From a virus (Duplodnaviria > Caudoviricetes): DNA of 56,577 bases. Under the pieces are notes generated by a model. That model saw nothing but the letters and a program-made list of their open reading frames with translations. It was not told the origin of the DNA and did no database searches. Position 1 is the first letter of the stretch. Each line of letters opens with the position of its first letter. Positions 1 through 9,479 of this stretch are shown piece by piece. The stretch spans positions 1 to 56,577 of the IMG/VR virus record IMGVR_UViG_3300027759_000111; one strand, written 5' to 3'. The translations under genes and the position numbers were made by a program.

Positions 1-22
1 TGTAAATATTGCCATAGTTCCT

Positions 23-268
23 TTAAACTCCTATTTGTTCTTTTATTTCTTTGTTAAAATATTTTTCAATATCTTCTTTTTTTATATTACGAGATGCCAC
101 AACTTTTTCTATGGCTTTATCAAATCGTGTTAACACGTCTGTTTGTTCTGTTTCAATTAATCTATAAATCTCTTTAATAGCTTCTTTCATAACAGGCGTT
201 AATTCTTTATAGGACTTTGAATTCAAAAGATTAGTTTCTCTTAATATATTACTAATCTTGTTTTTCAT
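23..268 (-). CDS. hypothetical protein in the head-assembly cluster
   Basis: 81 aa ORF overlapping the end of the gp67-like gene; charged and helical; no recognisable motif. Confidence 0.6.
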   Translation of the reverse strand: MKNKISNILRETNLLNSKSYKELTPVMKEAIKEIYRLIETEQTDVLTRFDKAIEKVVASRNIKKEDIEKYFNKEIKEQIGV

Positions 269-494
269 TTACAACAGGTTCCGTTTTAGGTGCCGGGTCT
301 GCAATTACAGGCTTTGGATCACTGTGTGCTTCTGCTTCAATTTGTCCTTGAAACAATACACCAGCTAATTCTTTTCTTTTTGCCTCTAAAGCATCTCCAA
401 CTTTATCTCTTAAAGCATCTTTAAATGCTTCACCAGCTTCAGCTGCTTGTCCTAATGACAATTTGTCAATAAAATTTTTAACTTGTTCACTCAT
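252..494 (-). CDS. gp67: prohead core protein (gp67-like)
   Basis: Small helical protein directly after the portal gene, as in T4-like phages; AGGAG SD and late promoter upstream. Confidence 0.65.
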   Translation of the reverse strand: MSEQVKNFIDKLSLGQAAEAGEAFKDALRDKVGDALEAKRKELAGVLFQGQIEAEAHSDPKPVIADPAPKTEPVVNEKQD

Positions 495-512
495 ATTTTT
501 CTCCTATTATTA

Positions 513-520
513 TATTTATA
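513..520 (-). promoter_or_regulatory. T4-type late promoter TATAAATA
   Basis: Exact TATAAATA on the minus strand upstream of the gp67-like gene. Confidence 0.75.
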
Positions 521-2036
521 CTAAAGTTTCAGTTTTCTTAGGTGTTTCTGTACCACCTAAAGAGTCCATACCTGCAGGTTCATAAGGGCCTTCTTTACTT
601 ATTTGTCTATCTAAATCTTTAATCTCTTTTTCAGATTGTTTAAAAACAAACTTTCTAATGTATTCTTGTGAAAAATACTTACCTACATACTTTTCTAAAC
701 CATCAGCTAAAGCAACACGTTCCTTTAACATTTCACTTTCTTTTAATTCAGCAAAGTGACCATCTTGTAAAAAGTCATATTGAATATTAGATTGTATTAC
801 AGGCCAATCTTCTATAGATATTACACCTTTTAATACTAACTGTGTCTTTAAAAAATCATTAAAGAGTTCAGTAAATTTCTTTCTTAATCTTTGAACAAAC
901 TTGGTAAACTTTAATTCATCTCTTGTAATTTCTGTAGAACGGCCCATACTAAAACCTGTCGCTGGTTCTAATCTACTTACTGGTACATTTAAAGAACGAT
1001 AAAGTTTTCTTTGGAAATATTCTATGTCGGCCATTTCTCCTAAATTTTGGCCACCAGGTAGAGTAGTAATATCTGTTCCTCTTCCACCTTCTCTTGTTGG
1101 TAACCAATAATCTTCCAACATATTCATATAACTTCTATCGTCCCTAATTTCTCCTGTGTTGGCATCATAGACAAGTTTATTTCTATAACGTGCCATTACA
1201 TCTCTTAAATATTGTTCTGCCTTTTGTTTAGGTAGATTACCAACATCTATTTTGAAAATTCTTCTTTCAGGTGCTCTTGCTATACGATAGATAACAACAG
1301 CATCTTCAATCATACGTAATTGATTTACTGGTTTAATTGCCTTATGTAAATAAGACAAGATCATATTTTTGTTTTGATCTACTAGACCTGAAGAACAGAA
1401 AGCAATTGTATCAGCCGCTATTCTTACTCCTGAACCTGATGTTGAACCTGCAACACCCTTTTCATTAAACATAAAGTATTCTTCGTAATCATTTGTAAGA
1501 GATAAATCTACAGTGCTTCTCATCTTCTTAAGCTCTCTTACTTTTTTAATTTTTCTAGGATCAATATAACGCAATTCAGTTATACCGTTTTTAGGTGTTT
1601 CTCTATCAATAATCTTTTGATAAAATATTCTACCATCTACATACCATCTTTTAAATATCTCAAAACCTTTTGTACTAAAATTCATTAATTTAAGTACGTT
1701 TAAAAATTCTTCGTCTATTCTTTTCTTAACTTCGTTACCAAAAGGTATATTTTCTAATGTAACTCTTACAGAATCTTTTTCTTCACTAGAAACAATTGCT
1801 TCGTTGCAAATATCTTCTATTGCTTGGTCACATTCTGGATGTAACGAAATTTCTCTATATCGTCTTACAAGGTCGGCTTCGTTCTTAGCCGTTCCTTCCA
1901 TATCAAGGTACGAACCAAAATAACCTCCAGCAGCGACGGTAGTTGTACCGTCATCTGCTTGAGGTGTAGTAAAGTTTTGTTTCGGATCTTGCTCTTGTTT
2001 TTTACGGGTTATTGAAAACCCAAACAGATCAGCCAT
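516..2036 (-). CDS. gp20: portal vertex protein
   Basis: Motifs YLHKAIKPVNQLRMIEDAVVIYRIARAPERRIFKIDVGNLP and EDYWLPTREGGRGTDITTLPGGQNLG; synteny. Confidence 0.97.
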   Translation of the reverse strand: MADLFGFSITRKKQEQDPKQNFTTPQADDGTTTVAAGGYFGSYLDMEGTAKNEADLVRRYREISLHPECDQAIEDICNEAIVSSEEKDSVRVTLENIPFGNEVKKRIDEEFLNVLKLMNFSTKGFEIFKRWYVDGRIFYQKIIDRETPKNGITELRYIDPRKIKKVRELKKMRSTVDLSLTNDYEEYFMFNEKGVAGSTSGSGVRIAADTIAFCSSGLVDQNKNMILSYLHKAIKPVNQLRMIEDAVVIYRIARAPERRIFKIDVGNLPKQKAEQYLRDVMARYRNKLVYDANTGEIRDDRSYMNMLEDYWLPTREGGRGTDITTLPGGQNLGEMADIEYFQRKLYRSLNVPVSRLEPATGFSMGRSTEITRDELKFTKFVQRLRKKFTELFNDFLKTQLVLKGVISIEDWPVIQSNIQYDFLQDGHFAELKESEMLKERVALADGLEKYVGKYFSQEYIRKFVFKQSEKEIKDLDRQISKEGPYEPAGMDSLGGTETPKKTETLV

Positions 2037-2070
2037 AATTTATATTCCTCTACTACTACTTATATAAGTT

Positions 2071-2598
2071 TTAAGTAGTCGTATTTGTTTCAAAATACTG
2101 ATAAGCAAAAGTTACAACAAACTGTTCAATCGCTGTTTGTTCGTCATACGTTAAATCAATAGCGCCGATTTCTTTTGGAAAAGCACCTCTTAGTGTATAT
2201 GATTTAACAGTATTACCGTTACGATCTAAGTGGTCAATAAATGCGTCCACTTGATAGTCAGCAGGATTTGTTAATCCTTCATTGTCTGTCATATTGTTGA
2301 TACCATTTTGCCATCTTTCAAAAGCATTTCTTACTTTGAAGTTTGTATCGTTATAAACTGTAACGGTCCAATCTGCAAATGTTCTATCTCCTGCAATCTT
2401 AATTGATCGTCCTCTAAACTTAACGTCAACTTCACCGATTGTCATAGCAGGTATAGAAGTTGCTCTACATAAGAAAGCTAGATCTTCTATTTCGCCACCA
2501 ACTTGAGCGTAACCAGGAAAAGGCATTACTACCTTAAACTGATTGGCACGAGCGCCTCCGCCAGCAAGTTTAGCTTTGAAGTCATTAATGTTTGCCAT
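2071..2598 (-). CDS. gp19: tail tube protein
   Basis: Motifs GGGARANQF and FRGRSIKIAGDRTFADWTVTVYND; lies between sheath and portal genes. Confidence 0.95.
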   Translation of the reverse strand: MANINDFKAKLAGGGARANQFKVVMPFPGYAQVGGEIEDLAFLCRATSIPAMTIGEVDVKFRGRSIKIAGDRTFADWTVTVYNDTNFKVRNAFERWQNGINNMTDNEGLTNPADYQVDAFIDHLDRNGNTVKSYTLRGAFPKEIGAIDLTYDEQTAIEQFVVTFAYQYFETNTTT

Positions 2599-2620
2599 TT
2601 TTTATTCTCCTATTCTAAAA

Positions 2621-4543
2621 TTACCCAGCTACTTCTTCAAAAGAAACGCCAGTTCTTGTTGCTACAAATTGTAAAGTAATGAAGTTAATGCTTCTAGCAG
2701 GTTTTACAAAAATCTCCGCTATAAATTCATTTCTATCAATTACTTCGCCTGTGTTATTCGTTTCATCACACACTACTAAAAAGTCTGTGATACCACGTCT
2801 GCCTTGTACCTCTCGTAAGAATGGTTCAACGATATTTCTAAAGTTTGCTCTAGTAAACTCGTCATTAAATTCAAACAATTGGAATTTAGAAGCAGTAGAG
2901 ATTGCTTTTTCTAAAACTATAAACAATCTTCGTACATTGATTCTATCGAAAGCAGATGGAGCACTTAATCCAGTTTTATCACCAAACAGAACAGTGCCTT
3001 GGCCAGGGAATGTTACCACAGCGTTAACTCTATTTCTGTATAGATCATCTCTTTGTGTTTTATTTGGATTGAAAGCTAACTTAACCGCACCTCTAATAGT
3101 ACCTCTATTAAAGCCAGCTGGTGAATACCAACTGTCGGCAATTAAATCAGTTCTTGCTGATAAACCAGCAATATCTCCGTTTAACGGTACAAATCTGTAC
3201 ACGTCATTGTATCTGTCATACTGATATTTGTAACCACTGTCAAATACAACATAAGAAGAAGAACGTATTGAGTTATAAAAACCTACTACGTTACTTGTTT
3301 GTGTATTTGCGTTTGCCACGTTAACAACATCTGTTCTTCTAGGCGATACAAAAGCAACTGCATCTTTTCTATCTTCTGCAATTGATATTACATTATCTAC
3401 GTGAGTAGCATCGCCTGAACCAGCAATAATTAAACCTACATCCACTGTTTCAGAATCTAGGAATTTTTCGTATGCTGTTTTCTTTTGTGCAATTGTAACA
3501 GCTGAACCATCAGAACCACTTTGTAAAGAAGTTAATGTTGGTGTTGATACTGCTGTATAAGTTGTACCTGATGCAGTATTACCCCAGTTAGATCCACCAG
3601 AATTATGATCCATCCAATATACATACTTTGATCTTGTCTGTATTACTGTTGGATAATAATTTGTGTCACCTTGTGGTGATTTTGCATCTGAAGCTTTAGA
3701 AAGTTTTTGATAAACTTCTAATACTGTATTTGCTGTACCTGAAATTCCACCATCTTCATCTACTACTATTACGTGGATTTCATCATTTGATCCACCTTTT
3801 GAAGTAGCGTATGGCGAAGTTCCTGGAGCGCCAGCAACTTGATCGTAAAATCTCCATCTACGTCTTATGTTACTGTTTATAGCTACATCTCTTTGTAATC
3901 CACCTGTACCTGAAGGATGTCTTACGATAGTTATTACGTTAGTTGATTTAGCAGTAACTCTATACTCGTGACCGTCGTTGTAATCACTTGTAGAAGCTGT
4001 AGTAGAAAAATTAATAATATCACCTACGGCGATATTTGTTCCACTTGTAACTGTTACTGAAGTTGCACCTGCTACTGCAGCTGTACCTAAAGTTGTTACT
4101 ACTGTTGTTTCGTATGCAGCAGCTGAAGGACATATAGAAACAAGTAAATTGTTTCCCCAAGCGCCTGCTGTTCGTGCAGCCCACTCGCCAACTGATCCTT
4201 GGCCTGTTGCAAAGTTATTAATATAATCTGTTTCATTCTTAATAACAAATGAGCTGCCTGAAGCAACTGCGTTTGCTAATGAAGAATTTTGTGCTCGTAC
4301 TACTCTTAATGCGTTAGAGTATTGTAAGAAATTGGCAGCACTAAAAAAATCCTCAAAGTTATTTGAGTCTGGCTTACCAAACGTTTCTACTAACTCTTGT
4401 TCGCTAGAAACCGTTACGATTTCATCTAAAGGACCTTTTCTAAACTCTCCTGCAAAAGCACCAACTGACGTTGATACTGCTGGAATAATTCTTGTTAGGT
4501 CTCTTTCTTGTACGAGAACGCCTGGTGATACTTGAAATGCCAT
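2621..4543 (-). CDS. gp18: contractile tail sheath protein
   Basis: N-terminal MAFQVSPGVLVQERDLT; WYSPAGFNRG; FDRINVRRLF; KPARSINFITLQF. Confidence 0.97.
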   Translation of the reverse strand: MAFQVSPGVLVQERDLTRIIPAVSTSVGAFAGEFRKGPLDEIVTVSSEQELVETFGKPDSNNFEDFFSAANFLQYSNALRVVRAQNSSLANAVASGSSFVIKNETDYINNFATGQGSVGEWAARTAGAWGNNLLVSICPSAAAYETTVVTTLGTAAVAGATSVTVTSGTNIAVGDIINFSTTASTSDYNDGHEYRVTAKSTNVITIVRHPSGTGGLQRDVAINSNIRRRWRFYDQVAGAPGTSPYATSKGGSNDEIHVIVVDEDGGISGTANTVLEVYQKLSKASDAKSPQGDTNYYPTVIQTRSKYVYWMDHNSGGSNWGNTASGTTYTAVSTPTLTSLQSGSDGSAVTIAQKKTAYEKFLDSETVDVGLIIAGSGDATHVDNVISIAEDRKDAVAFVSPRRTDVVNVANANTQTSNVVGFYNSIRSSSYVVFDSGYKYQYDRYNDVYRFVPLNGDIAGLSARTDLIADSWYSPAGFNRGTIRGAVKLAFNPNKTQRDDLYRNRVNAVVTFPGQGTVLFGDKTGLSAPSAFDRINVRRLFIVLEKAISTASKFQLFEFNDEFTRANFRNIVEPFLREVQGRRGITDFLVVCDETNNTGEVIDRNEFIAEIFVKPARSINFITLQFVATRTGVSFEEVAG

Positions 4544-4636
4544 TCGGTTTTCTCCTTTTTATAAATTAGCTAATTGTTTCATATAGTCCAACTGTCGTAT
4601 TATTCATACGCCCATAGTCAAAATTTCATATACATC

Positions 4637-4644
4637 TATTTATA
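4637..4644 (-). promoter_or_regulatory. T4-type late promoter TATAAATA
   Basis: Exact motif in the gp17-gp18 intergenic region. Confidence 0.75.
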
Positions 4645-4664
4645 AAATGCGTATTTTGTACACA

Positions 4665-6293
4665 TTACTCACCTTTTCTAACTACTGGATGCCACGTTTC
4701 TCCATACTCATCTTTAAAGGGCTTATCTTCTTCTGGTGTACCATCATCTATAAAACCAAAGGGAGCCATATCCTGTTCTATTATATTGGCCTGGTCTTCG
4801 TATAGTTTAGAACGTACATCAGAATTACTTAACTCTTTAAAGTATGGTTGATTAGATAACCAGCCAAATATAATAAGACAAGTCATTAAATCGTCATTAC
4901 AACCTTCTTCTGCTTTCCAAGAATTGTGTTGACGTGAAAAAGTAGACATTTCTTCTATGATATTAAAATCATTTATAACTATTTTATCTGCTTCAATAAT
5001 AGTTTTTAAATTAGAACAACCTATTTTTTTAATTTGTTTAGTCATACGAATACCTAACTGACTGCCTCTACCACTGAAGGCCGTACCTAATACTTGTCCA
5101 GCTCTACCTCTTTGTGTAGTCATTAATAGATTGTCATACTCTAAATCAAACTGTAATGCATCTGATATTTGGCCACCTATATCGTTTACTTCAATCAATG
5201 TATGAGCGTGATTATATCCTTTTATAGTTTGTTCTATAACATTAGGAAAAACTAAAGGTTTAATTTCATTGTTACGATATTTGGCTACAACACGATAAGG
5301 CATTTTTGTTACGTCAAATATAATAAAGGCCGAATAATCTTTTGCAAGACCTCTTGACACGTCAACAGTACAAACATATATTTTATTTTTATCAGGTTTT
5401 TCAAATATATCTAAACCACCTTGTGACTGTAAAGGTTTAATATAAGGTGTAGCTTTAATTTTTGTAGGACTAATAAGTGTATCTATTGAACCTAAAAATT
5501 CACATTCAAACTCCTGTTGGAATTGTTCAGGACTTGTATTTCGTATTGTTTCTTGTTTCCACTTTTCATCTCGGCCTGGAACTTCTGACCAATGTACATC
5601 AATAGGTATATAATCGTTTTGTTTATTTACGGCATCTGTCCATAACTTATAGTACATATTCATACCGTGAGGTGTAGAAACAATAATCATCTTTGTACTT
5701 TTACCAGAAGAAATTGTAGGAAACACCGAACTAAAAAATTGTTCTGCAATTGTGGCTGGTACGAAAGCAAACTCGTCTAAGAAGATTATATTGTAAGAAC
5801 CTCCTCGGATTGCACTTGAAGATGTTGCAGCGGCCACAACTTTACTGCCGTTCTCTAATTCTATATTACCTTTGTTCCAGTTTAATACACCTTGTTGTAA
5901 AAACTTTGGTATATTCTCATAGGCCAATTGTAAACGGCCCAATATATCTCTTGCTGTAGATGACTTGTTTGCAAGTATGGCAACATTTGTATTTGGATTA
6001 AACAGAACATAATGTAATAGGTAAGATACAATTGTTGTTGATTTACCTGACTGTCTTGGTAATTTACATATAGTAAAACGGTTGTTATGCATAGTGCCAA
6101 CCATTTCTTTTTGAAAGTTATACATTTTGAAAGGCACTAAACCTAAATCAAGTGAAACTATCTTTACATAGTTTTGTATAAAGTATAAAGGATCTTTAGA
6201 ACACTTTTCAAATTCTAAAATTTGTTCTTGTGTAAACTCTACAGGTACGTTTACTTTTTTTAAATTTGGATTACCGAGATAAACTTCACTCAT
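4665..6293 (-). CDS. gp17: terminase large subunit
   Basis: YLGNPNLK; Walker A PRQSGKST; Walker B IIFLDEFAF; STPHG; nuclease motifs VDVSRG and NDDLMTCL. Confidence 0.97.
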   Translation of the reverse strand: MSEVYLGNPNLKKVNVPVEFTQEQILEFEKCSKDPLYFIQNYVKIVSLDLGLVPFKMYNFQKEMVGTMHNNRFTICKLPRQSGKSTTIVSYLLHYVLFNPNTNVAILANKSSTARDILGRLQLAYENIPKFLQQGVLNWNKGNIELENGSKVVAAATSSSAIRGGSYNIIFLDEFAFVPATIAEQFFSSVFPTISSGKSTKMIIVSTPHGMNMYYKLWTDAVNKQNDYIPIDVHWSEVPGRDEKWKQETIRNTSPEQFQQEFECEFLGSIDTLISPTKIKATPYIKPLQSQGGLDIFEKPDKNKIYVCTVDVSRGLAKDYSAFIIFDVTKMPYRVVAKYRNNEIKPLVFPNVIEQTIKGYNHAHTLIEVNDIGGQISDALQFDLEYDNLLMTTQRGRAGQVLGTAFSGRGSQLGIRMTKQIKKIGCSNLKTIIEADKIVINDFNIIEEMSTFSRQHNSWKAEEGCNDDLMTCLIIFGWLSNQPYFKELSNSDVRSKLYEDQANIIEQDMAPFGFIDDGTPEEDKPFKDEYGETWHPVVRKGE

Positions 6294-6615
6294 TAATTAT
6301 AATTCCTTCTATATGTGTATAACCTAATTGTAATGCAGCCTGTATTCGTTGATTGCCTCTCCACACACTATATTTTTTTTCTTTAAAACTAGTACCATTA
6401 GATCCACTTCTTTGATTTTTATAATCTATCAATGTTTCACCTTTATAATTAATAGGAGAAACGTATGTATCGTGTTTTAATACTTCAATAGGTTCTATCA
6501 TATCTTCACCATTTAACAACTCTTTTAAAGGAGTCGTTCTATCTATATAAGTTAAATCACTTATCTGAAATATCTGTTTCTTCGGATTTGATGATTGTGC
6601 TTTTAATATTTTCAT
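6286..6615 (-). CDS. ParB/Srx-like small protein
   Basis: EPIEV...VWRGNQRIQAALQLGYTHIEGII resembles the ParB-N GxxRxxA motif; overlaps both terminase genes. Confidence 0.5.
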   Translation of the reverse strand: MKILKAQSSNPKKQIFQISDLTYIDRTTPLKELLNGEDMIEPIEVLKHDTYVSPINYKGETLIDYKNQRSGSNGTSFKEKKYSVWRGNQRIQAALQLGYTHIEGIIINE

Positions 6616-7033
6616 TTTCTCTTTTTAACATTTTTTGTAATTCAGCAGTAGAACCTACAAACAAAGCATTTTTAATATTTTGATTTGCAGTTTTAGGTAA
6701 GTCTTTTAAATCTTTTAATTTTTTTTGTAAATCTTGTAACTTATCTACTGTTTGTGCAACGTTAGTAATTAACTGGCCTGCTACTTCGTATGCTCTTGGA
6801 TGTTGGCCTTCTTTTGCAATTTCTAATATGCCCTCAATTGCTTCTTGGCCTTTTTGTATAAGATCATAATAATTATCCCTACTATATTTGTAATCGTTAT
6901 CAATATCTGATTTGTTTGTATCTTCTATTCTAGGTACTGGAGGATTTTCTATCCTCACTATAGATTCTAGTGTAGATTTATTATCAGGTTCTATGCCAAG
7001 TATCTCGTTTACTTTATCTTCTAGTTTTGTCAT
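6557..7033 (-). CDS. gp16: terminase small subunit
   Basis: DYKYSRDNYY, HPRAYEVAGQLI and NALFVGSTAELQKML are typical of T4-like gp16. Confidence 0.92.
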   Translation of the reverse strand: MTKLEDKVNEILGIEPDNKSTLESIVRIENPPVPRIEDTNKSDIDNDYKYSRDNYYDLIQKGQEAIEGILEIAKEGQHPRAYEVAGQLITNVAQTVDKLQDLQKKLKDLKDLPKTANQNIKNALFVGSTAELQKMLKRENENIKSTIIKSEETDISDK

Positions 7034-7035
7034 AA

Positions 7036-7842
7036 TTAAACATCAGTATCAGTCGTAGGGTTATATTTCTTACTATCAGTGTAAGAAGTAATTGTTGTTG
7101 TAAATCCAAAGTCATCATCAGCGTCAGCTGTAGTAGGGTCAGGTACTACCACAATTCTTTCTTCTCTTTTTGCCGTAGTTAAATCCGTATCAGTGTAAAT
7201 ATCTGACTGTACAGTTTTAATAACACCTTGATTGGACATAGGCCCAAACAAATAAGTTTTGGCAGTAAAGTTTAAGGTATATATAACGGCCCTACGAGTC
7301 GTAAAATCGCCACTATAACTATCTTCATAAGATACACTATTTAAAATTATAGGTATATCTCTTTTTATATTCATCTCTGGTAAAACATTTACAGTAATGG
7401 TATAATCAGGTTGAAAGAAAGGTAATATCTGTTCTACTATTTGTAGACCGTTTTCTGCTGTAGCCGTAAAAGCATAAAGATTTAAACTTATATTATAAGG
7501 TACAGGAACATAATTAAAATTATGAACTTCTCCTAATTCACCGGCTTTAACTTTTTTAAATTTTTGAACTCTTGTTAATTTTCTTGTAGCGTCATAAGCT
7601 AATCCAGAAATTTCAAATCCTAATCTAGGTAAAGTAACCGCAAAACTACGATCATCTAAATCTGGTTTTTGGTCAAGTCTAACTAAAAACTTTTCTTTTG
7701 GTGCATAGGCTAAAGGTACTTTTAATCTTTTAGTTACGGCACCTGTGCTTGAAGTTGATTGAATAACAATGTTATTAAATAATTGACCAAAGGCAATTAT
7801 TATTTTTCTCATTCCTTCGTTGTAAAAAAAATTACCAAACAT
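7036..7842 (-). CDS. gp15: tail sheath stabiliser / tail terminator
   Basis: KVPLAYAPKEKFL, LPRLGFEI, QIVEQILPFFQP; synteny. Confidence 0.93.
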   Translation of the reverse strand: MFGNFFYNEGMRKIIIAFGQLFNNIVIQSTSSTGAVTKRLKVPLAYAPKEKFLVRLDQKPDLDDRSFAVTLPRLGFEISGLAYDATRKLTRVQKFKKVKAGELGEVHNFNYVPVPYNISLNLYAFTATAENGLQIVEQILPFFQPDYTITVNVLPEMNIKRDIPIILNSVSYEDSYSGDFTTRRAVIYTLNFTAKTYLFGPMSNQGVIKTVQSDIYTDTDLTTAKREERIVVVPDPTTADADDDFGFTTTITSYTDSKKYNPTTDTDV

Positions 7843-8636
7843 TAGTCAATTTCTCCAAATGGGTTTCTTTCCGTAAAGTCTAATATATCATCAGTTACAG
7901 ACTGTGTATCAAAACCAGCTTCTGTATCTAAATCTAAATTTTGTGCGTAAGTAGATTGAGTGGCCACTGTTGTTGTAGTTGTTGCTTCTTCATTGAGTAA
8001 GAAGTTAGCTTGACCAGATGACTGGTCTTGTTCTAGTTGTAAAGAACCATCTTCATTCTCTAAAGTAAATCTGTTGTTTAAAAGATTTAAAGAGTAATCA
8101 GTTTCTTTATCATCTATTTCTGCAATACCTGTATTTAATTCTTCTGAACTATACTCCCAACGTGTTACTCTTAATTTATAAACTGGTAGATTGCCTAATT
8201 GAAAAAATGGCTCTTGATCTTCTACGAACTGTATTTCAAAAAAACTATTCATTAAAGGAAAATATATAATATCTCCTTCATTAGGACGGCCTTCCACGAT
8301 CTGTGTCATTGGATTATCTACTTGATTTTGCCAACTTCTTTTAGAAATAACAAACGTTGTATCTTCTCTTATTTCTAATCCAAACTTATTGATTAACTCT
8401 CTTTGGCCTGCAAATCCTTCAGTCGTTTCAAAATACATTTCAATTAAATAACTATCATCAAATCTACTTGATGTATCTTCACCTAATATTAAATCTCTAT
8501 TGACTAATGTTCTTGGTAAATAATAAACATCGTGGCCATATATCTTTAGGCCTTCTACAATTAAATCTTCGTAAAGTGTTTTTTCAGCTTGATTGCCAAT
8601 ACCTTGGCCGCCTTGAAAATAATGATTTACTGGCAT
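7842..8636 (-). CDS. gp14: neck protein
   Basis: YGHDVYYLPR, KFGLEIRE, RPNEGDIIYFP, PFFQLG, FTERNPFG. Confidence 0.93.
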   Translation of the reverse strand: MPVNHYFQGGQGIGNQAEKTLYEDLIVEGLKIYGHDVYYLPRTLVNRDLILGEDTSSRFDDSYLIEMYFETTEGFAGQRELINKFGLEIREDTTFVISKRSWQNQVDNPMTQIVEGRPNEGDIIYFPLMNSFFEIQFVEDQEPFFQLGNLPVYKLRVTRWEYSSEELNTGIAEIDDKETDYSLNLLNNRFTLENEDGSLQLEQDQSSGQANFLLNEEATTTTTVATQSTYAQNLDLDTEAGFDTQSVTDDILDFTERNPFGEID

Positions 8637-8640
8637 AGTA

Positions 8641-9453
8641 TTAACCTACTAAAAATGCTGGTGCTAATTCAAAACTATCTCTAATTTCTTTTTCTAATTT
8701 TTCAACGTCTGTAATTGCATCAGTATAAATTTTTTCACCATTTAATTTAACTCCGCCAATCATAGTTACTCCATCAAATTTACTTAGATTAGCTCCCCAT
8801 TGTTTTTTAAATAATGCCGTGACATATCTTTTTAACCATTGGTCATTAAATACGTCTGTGTATGTTGTTGGATCTAATTTACGATAACAGTCTATAATTA
8901 AAAATTCTCCAACTTCTAAATCGTGTACCCAATCCATATCAATATACAAACGATTATCGTGTTGTTGAAATCGTATAGGTTTTATACCTACTAATATTTG
9001 ATCTAAGAAATCTAAATGTCTTAACACCATATCATAATTAATAATAGATGTTGAAGCAAAATCATAAAGGTCATTTAAACGTAATTGGTATCTTACGTCA
9101 AACATATTCATACTAGCTTTATCTGAAAATGGAAATATATTAGTTACACCAATAACGGTTTCAGGCACTACTAAAAAATTGCTTCCTTCATACCAAGTAG
9201 ATGAAACTGAATTTTTAGTGGCCGTTTCTGTTGAACCTAAAGACGCTTGTAATCTGGCTTTATCTGTTTCTGTTACTTGATATTTTAGATATGTTCGTCT
9301 AATACCATCATAGTGATATTGAGCATAAAATTGTAAGGCTTCGTCCAGTCTATCTTCTAACTGGTCGTCATCAGCGTTAATCTCTATAACTGGTTTACCT
9401 AATGCTCTTAAAGCATATTGTTTAAGTGTTTCTCGTGTTGCTGGAGTTGCCAT
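8641..9453 (-). CDS. gp13: neck protein
   Basis: LRALGKPVIEIN...QLEDRLDEALQ; WLKRYVTALFKKQWGANLSKF. Confidence 0.93.
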   Translation of the reverse strand: MATPATRETLKQYALRALGKPVIEINADDDQLEDRLDEALQFYAQYHYDGIRRTYLKYQVTETDKARLQASLGSTETATKNSVSSTWYEGSNFLVVPETVIGVTNIFPFSDKASMNMFDVRYQLRLNDLYDFASTSIINYDMVLRHLDFLDQILVGIKPIRFQQHDNRLYIDMDWVHDLEVGEFLIIDCYRKLDPTTYTDVFNDQWLKRYVTALFKKQWGANLSKFDGVTMIGGVKLNGEKIYTDAITDVEKLEKEIRDSFELAPAFLVG

Positions 9454-9462
9454 AATCTCTAC

Positions 9463-9470
9463 TATTTATA
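9463..9470 (-). promoter_or_regulatory. T4-type late promoter TATAAATA
   Basis: Exact motif 9 nt upstream of the gp13 ATG. Confidence 0.75.
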
Positions 9471-9479
9471 ATAATAGGA

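Noticed and set aside
2679-4535. Plus-strand ORFs inside gp18, and similar antisense ORFs at 10435, 10799, 14297, 16405, 17232, 20364, 21734, 23317, 29374, 33621, 35026, 35869, 36412, 37446, 37776, 43432, 43771, 45534, 45849, 47100, 47556, 51180 and 53507
   Set aside because: They are antisense shadows of well-supported genes, mostly with non-ATG starts and no SD or motifs.
5750-6100. Alternative-frame ORFs in gp17 (also 18307, 53389, 53784)
   Set aside because: They are nested in intact conserved genes and have no protein-like features.
4665-6293. Possible intein or intron in the terminase, portal or sheath genes
   Set aside because: Lengths are typical, motifs are contiguous, and no splicing or homing-endonuclease motifs are seen.
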